In this document: positions 18,765 through 25,058 of the stretch, one piece after another
Layout of the letters: the number at the start of each line of letters is the position of its first letter
Numbering within the stretch: position 1 is the first letter of the stretch
DNA from: Clostridia bacterium
GTDB lineage: Bacteria > Bacillota > Clostridia > UMGS1840 > HGM11507
Reading direction: 5' to 3'
NCBI GenBank assembly: GCA_045654005.1
Contig: JAZOMN010000067.1
Location: forward strand, 1 to 38,394
Length of the DNA: 38,394 nt
The notes under the pieces: generated by a model
Seen by the model: the letters and a program-made list of their open reading frames with translations, nothing else
Told to the model about the DNA's origin: nothing
The model's database searches: none
Translations under genes and position numbers: made by a program

Positions 18765-18891
18765 CCTTAAGGTCAAATGTGATATGTTGTCATACGACAA
18801 CTCGATATATTTACGGCGTAAATTCGATATGTTTTCGGGCAATTCGTGAACTGCCCCTATAAAACGCGATATGTTTGTTCTTTGAACAAAC
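18748..18891 (+). repeat. second YGATAT heptamer array with perfect palindromic spacers (3' end and 3' UTR of the GT4 gene)
   Basis: TTGATAT 18748, GTGATAT 18779, TCGATAT 18802, TCGATAT 18824, GCGATAT 18866. Palindromes: atttgacc-ttaa-ggtcaaat, gttgtc-atac-gacaac, atttac-ggc-gtaaat, gtttt..gggca..tgccc..aaaac, gtttgttc-ttt-gaacaaac. Confidence 0.9.
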
Positions 18892-18898
18892 GTTAAGG

Positions 18899-18933
18899 AC
18901 GCAAAAGATACCATTCGGTCTTTTGCGTTTTTG
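18899..18933 (+). terminator. terminator of the GT4 gene transcript
   Basis: 10-bp stem acgcaaaaga (18899-18908) / tcttttgcgt (18919-18928) followed by a T-run. Confidence 0.7.
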
Positions 18934-18944
18934 TATGATTGCTC

Positions 18945-18982
18945 AAAATGGACGCAAAAGGGACAGACCCCATTGCGTCCAT
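18945..18982 (-). terminator. terminator of the minus-strand three-gene envelope operon
   Basis: 10-bp stem atggacgcaa (18948-18957) / ttgcgtccat (18973-18982), loop aagggacagacccca. An A4 run on the plus strand gives a T-run on the minus strand. Confidence 0.6.
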
Positions 18983-19018
18983 ATTTATAGTTTTAACATA
19001 ATGTTAAATATTATATTT

Positions 19019-19912
19019 TCAGTTTATCATAAGATTTTTCTTTTTAGATATATTAATATCAATGTCCGGTGTTCCTATATAGATGTCTTTATTTCCATCC
19101 AATGTATTATACTTTACAATGGTATAATCGTCATATTTATATACTCTGCTTCCGCCGTCTTTATATAGAATGTCGGGAATAATGCCTTTTTCAACATCCC
19201 TGTCGCACTTTTCAATTATATCCTCCATTGTAATTAAATTATCTCTGAGTGCCATCGAAAGAGGTGTTAATCCTGTACCTAAATTAATATATACCTGGTC
19301 TAAACCGTAACTATATACCATGTACTCGTAACTTAGCATACTTGTAGCGTACTCTTTTTCGGGAAGTTTTATTTTCCCGAAAAGTGCAGTAAGTGACGGC
19401 GTTTTTGAAGGCTCTACCACTATTTCTCCAAATTCTTTTATAACTTTAAAACTATAGATTACCATATTTCTTATAGGATAAATCGGTTTTTGTGGATAAC
19501 TTACTCTTATCTCAAGATAGTATGTTCCTGGTGCATCAGGTAAAATTTTAAAAGAATCTTTTTTAAAATCAATGCTTTGAGAAAAAGGTTTTCTTTGTAA
19601 GGTAATCTCTTCTATTTTCCCGGAAAGATTTTTAATATGGAATAAAACATCGTCTGTCCCATTTATGACGATAGTGTTTTCCTTTGAATATATACGTTCC
19701 TCTGCGCTTGGATAACTTGATTGTGAACCATTCCAGTTAACAGGCAGGGTTAACCCCTTATAACTTACATTTTCATTTTCATAAATAACAAGGTCGGGTG
19801 GATTTTTTATGTGCTCATATCCGGGATTTAAAAAAATGTAAGATACTCCCGCAAGAAGTGTAATAAGTAAAACAGCAAATAATATAATTAAAAATTTTCT
19901 TCTTTTAAGCAT
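19019..19912 (-). CDS. hypothetical N-terminally anchored extracytoplasmic protein
   Basis: 297-aa ORF with a single N-terminal TM (FLIILFAVLLITLLAGVSYIF). I recognise no family. Lies 14 nt downstream of the lipoprotein gene on the same strand. Confidence 0.6.
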   Translation of the reverse strand: MLKRRKFLIILFAVLLITLLAGVSYIFLNPGYEHIKNPPDLVIYENENVSYKGLTLPVNWNGSQSSYPSAEERIYSKENTIVINGTDDVLFHIKNLSGKIEEITLQRKPFSQSIDFKKDSFKILPDAPGTYYLEIRVSYPQKPIYPIRNMVIYSFKVIKEFGEIVVEPSKTPSLTALFGKIKLPEKEYATSMLSYEYMVYSYGLDQVYINLGTGLTPLSMALRDNLITMEDIIEKCDRDVEKGIIPDILYKDGGSRVYKYDDYTIVKYNTLDGNKDIYIGTPDIDINISKKKNLMIN

Positions 19913-19926
19913 ACTTATTTTCCTTT

Positions 19927-20868
19927 CTATTCTATTGTAAATTCGGCATAATAAGTTTTTGTATCAAAAATTCCGGTTTCAATAAAATCCATTATTTCTT
20001 TTCCTACTCGGTATCTTCCTTTTTTTAAAGGATTGTATCCAAAAGAAAAGTCTAATTTCCAATTTGTTACTTCGTTTACGGACAACTTGTAAGCAACCTG
20101 ATTCCAAACGAGAGGAGAACCGTCTTTTGTTTTAACCTCGCTCCATTTATCATTTTCAAAAATCTCAAGCGTGTATTGAGGGCCTGTTGAAAGTTCTCCC
20201 TTGAAATTTCCGCCAAACTGTTCTATAAAAAGTGTAATTCCGTTTGGAGTAATATCGTCTGCCCACATCATAATACCCCATTCGTCAAAAATTTCTATAT
20301 GGCGAACTGCTATATCAACCTGATGGTCTTTTAACTGTGAAGAAAAGAAATATTTTGTTATAGTTTCAAAAGTAATATCCTTAGTGTTTGCAAAAATAAG
20401 ATATTCTGAGTCTTTTACTGCATTTGGATGCCTTCCTTTAATTATGTAAGCATATTTATATTTAAGTAAATCTATGCCATAATCTTCAACTTTTTTGTAA
20501 ATTTCCCAACCGTTCTCTGTGGGAATTTCTTTTGTAATACTCGATACACTTTGATACCCGAAATAATTTTCTGATATTTTAAAATTGGTTTTTCCGTCTT
20601 TTTTTGGTACTTCATATTCGTCTGCCCCTTGTTTTAAATGACCGTCTAAAGTTCCGCATCTTCCCGTTACTTTGCTTAAAAGCCCACTGTTATAATATAA
20701 AGTTCCATCTACATTTATGATTTTAACAGGGGATATATTATATCCTTCTTTTTCATTGCTTACAAAAACGCTTGTCGGTCCGTCCGAGCCACCGATAATT
20801 CCTATTGTTTCGTTAGCACAACCGCAAAGTAAACATAATAATAAAATAAGTAATAACAATTTTTTCAT
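19927..20868 (-). CDS. hypothetical lipoprotein with a C-terminal Ig-like (Big_14-like pattern) domain
   Basis: The ORF track starts at 20919. The ATG at 20868 has a GGAGG RBS (20876-20880) and yields MKKLLLLILLLCLLCGC with a lipobox. The C-terminal region (ITPNGITLFIEQ...YTLEIFENDKWSEV...WKLDFSFGYNPLKKGRYRV) resembles clostridial Ig-like domains. Confidence 0.65.
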   Translation of the reverse strand: MKKLLLLILLLCLLCGCANETIGIIGGSDGPTSVFVSNEKEGYNISPVKIINVDGTLYYNSGLLSKVTGRCGTLDGHLKQGADEYEVPKKDGKTNFKISENYFGYQSVSSITKEIPTENGWEIYKKVEDYGIDLLKYKYAYIIKGRHPNAVKDSEYLIFANTKDITFETITKYFFSSQLKDHQVDIAVRHIEIFDEWGIMMWADDITPNGITLFIEQFGGNFKGELSTGPQYTLEIFENDKWSEVKTKDGSPLVWNQVAYKLSVNEVTNWKLDFSFGYNPLKKGRYRVGKEIMDFIETGIFDTKTYYAEFTIE

Positions 20869-20918
20869 AAAAAAACCTCCTTTTATTATATAGATAAAAG
20901 TATAGGAAAAAAGTTCCA

Positions 20919-21161
20919 TTATTTTTCGAAAAACAGATAGATAGAAATAATAAGAGTCCTTATAGCGTAAAATGGTAAGAGTAATATATCCATAAAGTCT
21001 TCAATCCTTCCGTAAAGACCACCACTGCGATAACATATTACAACTTCCTTATATTCTTTGCAACCTTCGCATAACTCTAATTCGTCTGATAAAATATAAT
21101 TTTCCTTTTTACAATTTCCACCGCTTAATTTATTATAACACTCAAAACAAAATTCTGCCAT
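20919..21161 (-). CDS. small CxxC...CxxC zinc-ribbon-like protein with a C-terminal TM helix
   Basis: 80-aa ORF with C5-x2-C8 and C31-x2-C34 pairs and a hydrophobic tail (ILLLPFYAIRTLIISIYLFF). GGGAGA RBS 7 nt upstream. First gene of the three-gene minus-strand operon. Confidence 0.55.
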   Translation of the reverse strand: MAEFCFECYNKLSGGNCKKENYILSDELELCEGCKEYKEVVICYRSGGLYGRIEDFMDILLLPFYAIRTLIISIYLFFEK

Positions 21162-21196
21162 AATTTTTTCTCCCTACTTCAACAAATTTTAAAAAA

Positions 21197-21225
21197 ATTA
21201 TAGCATATACAAACTATAAAATCAA
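21197..21225 (-). promoter_or_regulatory. candidate promoter of the three-gene envelope operon
   Basis: Read on the minus strand: TTGATT, 17 nt, TATAAT. The -35 overlaps one copy of the AACTCAAAAGA direct repeat. Confidence 0.5.
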
Positions 21226-21258
21226 CTCAAAAGAGGTAATTATTTTAACTCAAAAAGA
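21224..21258 (+). repeat. direct repeat AACTCAAAAGA / AACTCAAAAAGA in the divergent XRE/envelope-operon promoter region
   Basis: Copies at 21224-21234 and 21247-21258. The first overlaps the -35 of the minus-strand promoter. Confidence 0.6.
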
Positions 21259-21274
21259 TTAGAATAATTTTGAG

Positions 21275-21526
21275 GTGATAAATTTGAATATAGGTGAAGC
21301 TACAAAATTAAGGATACTTGAACTTTGTAACGAAAATGCGATGACAGTTAATAAACTTGCAACTATAAGCGGAATAACACAATCCACATTGAGTAATATT
21401 GTAGGTGGAAGAAATAACAGTGCGACAATTTCTACAATAAAAAAATTATGTGACGGATTAAATGTTTCAATCAGATATTTTTTTGAATCCTCATTATTTG
21501 ATGATTTGGAACAAGAAATAAAATAG
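21275..21526 (+). CDS. XRE-family helix-turn-helix transcriptional regulator
   Basis: 83-aa ORF with a typical HTH_3 core (MTVNKLATISGITQSTLSNIVGGRNNSATISTIKKLCDGLNVSIRYFF). The start is ambiguous: GTG at 21275, or TTG at 21284, which lies 7 nt after GAGGTG. Confidence 0.8.
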   Translation: MINLNIGEATKLRILELCNENAMTVNKLATISGITQSTLSNIVGGRNNSATISTIKKLCDGLNVSIRYFFESSLFDDLEQEIK

Positions 21527-21560
21527 AGTAAAATATGATATTATTTATTTGGTGATTGTA

Positions 21561-21761
21561 ATGATTTCGTATAAACCATTTTATGATACGCTTTTTAAAA
21601 AAGGCATAACTGAATATAATTTAATATTCAAGCAAGGTTTTTCAGCAAATACTCTTCATCGTATAAAAAGAGGAGAGGCTATTAGTACCAAAACGCTTGA
21701 TTCTCTTTGTTATGCTCTGGATTGCGAAGTTTATGATATAATAAAATTTGAAAAAGAATAA
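21561..21761 (+). CDS. small Cro/CI-type helix-turn-helix protein
   Basis: 66 aa from the ATG at 21561 (the track starts at TTG 21549). The pattern FSANTLHRIKRGEAISTKTLDSLCYALDCEVYDII is typical of short HTH_26/Cro-like regulators. Confidence 0.7.
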   Translation: MISYKPFYDTLFKKGITEYNLIFKQGFSANTLHRIKRGEAISTKTLDSLCYALDCEVYDIIKFEKE

Positions 21762-21821
21762 CACTTGTTTCGTTATGAAGCAGGTGTTTTTATGATTAAA
21801 TATTAAAAATTTAAAAACATG

Positions 21822-21850
21822 TTGACTTTTGCAAAAAAAATGCATATAAT
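21822..21850 (+). promoter_or_regulatory. promoter of the AbrB/RelE toxin-antitoxin operon
   Basis: TTGACT (21822-21827), 17 nt, TATAAT (21845-21850). Confidence 0.6.
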
Positions 21851-21865
21851 AATAGTGTAAGAAAA

Positions 21866-21881
21866 TCAGAATTTCAGAATT
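21866..21881 (+). repeat. perfect tandem octamer TCAGAATT x2 between the TA promoter -10 and the RBS
   Basis: Copies at 21866-21873 and 21874-21881. A candidate autoregulatory operator. Confidence 0.6.
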
Positions 21882-21899
21882 TGCGAGAGGTGATTGAAT

Positions 21900-22166
21900 A
21901 TGTTAGCAGAAATCAGAGGGCGTTCTCAAATTACCATACCTGCAGAAATTATAAAAAAATTAGGAATTTCGGAAGGCGATAAATTTGACATTGTTGAAAA
22001 AGACGGAGGAATATTTCTTTGTCCTGTTATAGTATATCCCAAAGATAAACTATTAAAAATTGCAAAATTGATAAAGGATTCTGAAATTGAACTTTCTGCA
22101 CAGGAAAGTTTTGATACAGTTGAGGATATGTTTGCGGATATGGGGATAAATATAGACAATGTATAA
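21900..22166 (+). CDS. AbrB/MazE/SpoVT-family antitoxin
   Basis: SpoVT/AbrB swapped-hairpin motif (RGRSQITIPAEIIKKLGISEGDKFDIVEKDGGIFLCPV). The ATG at 21900 is better spaced from the GAGAGG RBS than the track's TTG at 21894. Overlaps the toxin gene by 8 nt. Confidence 0.8.
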   Translation: MLAEIRGRSQITIPAEIIKKLGISEGDKFDIVEKDGGIFLCPVIVYPKDKLLKIAKLIKDSEIELSAQESFDTVEDMFADMGINIDNV

Positions 22167-22422
22167 ACTAAAATATACCAAGGAATTTGAGAAAAATCTA
22201 AAATTATTGACAAGTCGGGAACAAAAATTAGTTGCAAATAAATTAAAACTATTTGTTCAAAATCCATTTTATCCGTCTTTGCGTACAAAAAAGGTACAAG
22301 GGCTTGATAATGTTTTTGAAATGAGTGTCAATATGGATATTCGTATCCTGTGGAAATATGAAAACGGAATTATTGTTTTACTTCTTGATGTTGGACATCA
22401 TAAAAATATATTAGGACTGTAA
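22159..22422 (+). CDS. RelE/ParE-superfamily type II toxin (mRNA interferase-like)
   Basis: 87-aa ORF with the YafQ/RelE-like pattern (YKLKYTKEFEKNLKLL...LRTKKVQGLDNVFEMSVNMDIRILWKYENGIIVLLLDVGHH). Translationally coupled to the antitoxin. Confidence 0.8.
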   Translation: MYKLKYTKEFEKNLKLLTSREQKLVANKLKLFVQNPFYPSLRTKKVQGLDNVFEMSVNMDIRILWKYENGIIVLLLDVGHHKNILGL

Positions 22423-22472
22423 AAGTAAGAGAGTATGCCACTTACCAAAAGTGATATACTCTCTTTTTTTTT
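22421..22472. terminator. bidirectional terminator between the TA operon (+) and clpE (-)
   Basis: 10-bp stem aagagagtat (22427-22436) / atactctctt (22456-22465) with a 19-nt loop, followed by a T9 run. A4 run upstream. Confidence 0.65.
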
Positions 22473-24672
22473 ACATATTAAAAATCAATTTTTCATTATC
22501 TGCATCAATTACAACAGAACTTCCATATTTTAATTCTTCATTTATATACATATCCGCAAGATGAGATTCAATTTCTTTCTGAATAAGTCTTTTAAGTGGT
22601 CTTGCACCAAACTTATCGTCATACCCTTTATTTGCAAGATATTCTTTTGCGTTATCGGTAAGAGAAATTTTAATTTCCTTATCGTTTAAATCTTTTTGCA
22701 AATCACTTATTAAAATATCAACAATTCCTTTTATATTTTCTTTTGACAAGTGATTGAATATAACGATTTCATCAACCCTGTTTAAAAATTCAGGGCGGAA
22801 AAATTCTTTGAGTGCGGAAGAAACTTTTTCTTTTCTTGATGTGGTTTGGTTTTCTATAAAGCCGAAAGATGCGTTGCGATAATCTGATCCTGCGTTTGAT
22901 GTCATAATTATAATTGTATTTTCAAAATGAACGCATTTTCCGTGGCTGTCGGTTAATTTACCGTCATCCAAAACCTGTAAAAGAAGATTGAACACATCAG
23001 CATGCGCTTTTTCAATCTCGTCAAGAAGAATAATTGAATAAGGATTTCTTCTTACTTTTTCTGTTAAAAGCCCTGCATCGTCATAACCCACATATCCCGG
23101 AGGAGAACCTATAAGTTTTGATACAGTGTGCTTTTCCATATATTCAGACATATCAAATCTTATGATGTTGTCTTCGCTTCCTAAAATTTCTTTCGATAAG
23201 GTTTTAACAAGTTCGGTTTTACCAACGCCTGTAGGTCCGACAAATATAAAGGAAGAAGGTTTTTTCTTCTTTATAAGACCTGCTCTGTTTCTTCTTATAA
23301 CCGAAGATACAGTTTCAACAGCCTCATTCTGACCGACAATTCTTAAGGTAAGTCTGTCTTTTAAATTCTTTAATTTTTCAATATCTTTTTCTTTAAGTTC
23401 GGTAATAGGTACTCCTGAAAGTTTTTCCACTGCGAGAACTATGTCCTCAACTGTAACAGGAAGAGCAACACCGCCCTCTTCAAGTTCTTTGATTTTGTCA
23501 TTTAATTTTAATTCTTCGATTTTTAAATTAGAAATTTTTTCGTAATCAGGCTCTGCATTTTCAGTTCCTTTTTCCGCCTCTTCTCTTTCTTCTATGACTG
23601 ATAAAAGTTTTTTGTTAAGACGGTTTATTTCTGCAAGTTTTTTATTTTCCAAGTTTTTCTTTGACCCGCATTCGTCAATCAAATCTATCGCCTTATCGGG
23701 AAGAAATCTTTCAGGAATGTATCTTTTGGATAAAGACACGGCAGTTTTTAAAACCTCGTCAGATAATGTTATCTTGTGATAACTTTCATAAAAAGGTCTT
23801 AAACCTTTTAAAATTTCAAAAGAGTCTTCTTCGCTTGGCTCGTCAATAGTAACAGGCGCAAATCTTCTCTCTAAAGCAGAATCTTTTTCAATATGCTTTC
23901 TGTACTCATTAAATGTTGTTGCACCGATAACCCTTATTTCGCCTCTTGAAAGGGCAGGTTTTAAAATATTTGCTGCATTCATTGCCCCTTCGGCATCTCC
24001 TGCAGATACAATGTTGTGAAGTTCGTCAATAACTAAAATAACATTTTTTCTTTGCTTTACTTCGTCTATTAATTTTTTTAATCTTCCTTCAAACTGACCG
24101 CGAAACTGTGTTCCCGCAAGAAGTGCAGTAAAGTCGATAAGATAAACCTCAAAATCAAGAAGTTTGTCAGGCACAGTCCCGTTAACAATACTTATTGCAA
24201 CGCCTTCGGCAACTGCTGTTTTACCAACCCCGGGTTCGCCTAAAAGAACAGGGTTGTTTTTAGTTTTTCTGTTTAATATATGAAGAACTCTCTCAATTTC
24301 TTTTTCTCTACCTACTACAACTTCAAGTTCGCCATTTCTTGCGCGTCTTGTAAGATTGGTTCCGTAATTTTCTAAGATACTTTTTTTGTTTATTTCTTCT
24401 TTAGTTGATTTTTTATCATTTTTATTATCAAAATTAGGAGGCAGAGTCATACTGTCTGATACTCCCATATCTGTAAGGAAATCTCCCATTTCAGAGTTTA
24501 AATCCTCTAAATCGGCATCAGATATTCCAAGTTGATTCATCATTTGTTCAAGCGGTTTTATACCCATAGTTTTAGCACAGGCAAGACAATATCCTTCACT
24601 TACCTGCTGACCGTTTTCAAACTTATTGATAAATACAACTGCCATATTTTTTTTGCATTTACAACATAACAT
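22471..24672 (-). CDS. clpE: ClpE-type Clp/Hsp100 AAA+ ATPase (N-terminal zinc ribbon, two NBDs)
   Basis: 733-aa ORF. The N-terminal CCKCKKN...CLACAK zinc-ribbon replaces the Clp_N repeats, as in ClpE. Walker A motifs GEPGVGKT and GPTGVGKT are present. A candidate ClpP-docking loop is SFGF. Confidence 0.85.
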   Translation of the reverse strand: MLCCKCKKNMAVVFINKFENGQQVSEGYCLACAKTMGIKPLEQMMNQLGISDADLEDLNSEMGDFLTDMGVSDSMTLPPNFDNKNDKKSTKEEINKKSILENYGTNLTRRARNGELEVVVGREKEIERVLHILNRKTKNNPVLLGEPGVGKTAVAEGVAISIVNGTVPDKLLDFEVYLIDFTALLAGTQFRGQFEGRLKKLIDEVKQRKNVILVIDELHNIVSAGDAEGAMNAANILKPALSRGEIRVIGATTFNEYRKHIEKDSALERRFAPVTIDEPSEEDSFEILKGLRPFYESYHKITLSDEVLKTAVSLSKRYIPERFLPDKAIDLIDECGSKKNLENKKLAEINRLNKKLLSVIEEREEAEKGTENAEPDYEKISNLKIEELKLNDKIKELEEGGVALPVTVEDIVLAVEKLSGVPITELKEKDIEKLKNLKDRLTLRIVGQNEAVETVSSVIRRNRAGLIKKKKPSSFIFVGPTGVGKTELVKTLSKEILGSEDNIIRFDMSEYMEKHTVSKLIGSPPGYVGYDDAGLLTEKVRRNPYSIILLDEIEKAHADVFNLLLQVLDDGKLTDSHGKCVHFENTIIIMTSNAGSDYRNASFGFIENQTTSRKEKVSSALKEFFRPEFLNRVDEIVIFNHLSKENIKGIVDILISDLQKDLNDKEIKISLTDNAKEYLANKGYDDKFGARPLKRLIQKEIESHLADMYINEELKYGSSVVIDADNEKLIFNM

Positions 24673-24822
24673 ATATATATAATCTTCCTTTCAAATACTT
24701 ACACTTTTTATATTTTATAATAAAAATCACTTTATTGCAATATCTTTTATAATAATTTACATACTATTCATATTTTAAAAGATAATATAATATGAGCATT
24801 ATCATATTACCGCACTAAACAA

Positions 24823-24970
24823 AAAATCTACAAGATAAAATATCCTGTAGATTTTGAGCTTATTCTTTTGGGGATAAGAATAAATCCGATTTGCACCGCA
24901 ATCAGGTAGGTGCAAATCAATTAAAGGAGTAAGTCAAATAAATTCAATGTGGCATTATAATTGAATTTAT
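24823..24970. repeat. four consecutive unrelated stem-loops in the clpE / ABC-ATPase intergenic region
   Basis: Stems: aaaatctaca/tgtagatttt (24823-24855), ttattctt/aagaataa (24860-24883), gatttgcacc/ggtgcaaatc (24888-24918), ataaattcaat/attgaatttat (24938-24970). Loops are 8-13 nt. Confidence 0.8.
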
Positions 24971-24977
24971 AGAGATT

Positions 24978-25029
24978 GTTATTTTTTTAACAAACTCTAC
25001 AGTATATTATAAGTTATTTTTTTAACAAA
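24978..25029 (+). repeat. perfect 17-nt direct repeat GTTATTTTTTTAACAAA x2 just upstream of the ABC ATPase gene
   Basis: Copies at 24978-24994 and 25013-25029, 35 nt start to start. Confidence 0.85.
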
Positions 25030-25058
25030 GTCAAGAAAAAAATCAAAAAAGGTGAAAA

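Noticed and set aside
18760-18777. GGTCAAA heptad (CtsR-like) at the end of the GT4 gene.
   Set aside because: It is an inverted rather than direct repeat (tttgacc-ttaa-ggtcaaa), it overlaps a stop codon at a 3' end, and it fits the palindromic-spacer series of the YGATAT array.
18786-18891. Integron attC-like sites, because several palindromes start with GTT and end with AAC, like the R' and R'' core sites.
   Set aside because: The units are 15-35 nt, far below attC length. They do not fit GTTRRRY well, no cassette ORFs lie between them, and no intI-type integrase is nearby.
18875-19168. 97-aa plus-strand ORF.
   Set aside because: It runs through two terminator hairpins and then antisense to the well-supported 297-aa gene. 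It has no RBS and a low-complexity composition.
19019-22422. Prophage remnant or integrative element, suggested by Cro/CI-like regulators, a TA pair and hypothetical genes.
   Set aside because: There is no integrase, recombinase, terminase, capsid, tail or replication gene. There are no flanking direct repeats or a tRNA-adjacent att site that I can see. It is better described as a small accessory island of unknown origin.
24932-24948. CtsR operator (AGTCAAAtaaATTCAAT) for clpE.
   Set aside because: Only the first heptad matches A/GGTCAAA, and the second has two mismatches. The site is about 260 nt from the clpE start and forms part of a hairpin arm. It is kept only as a weak note inside the clpE finding.
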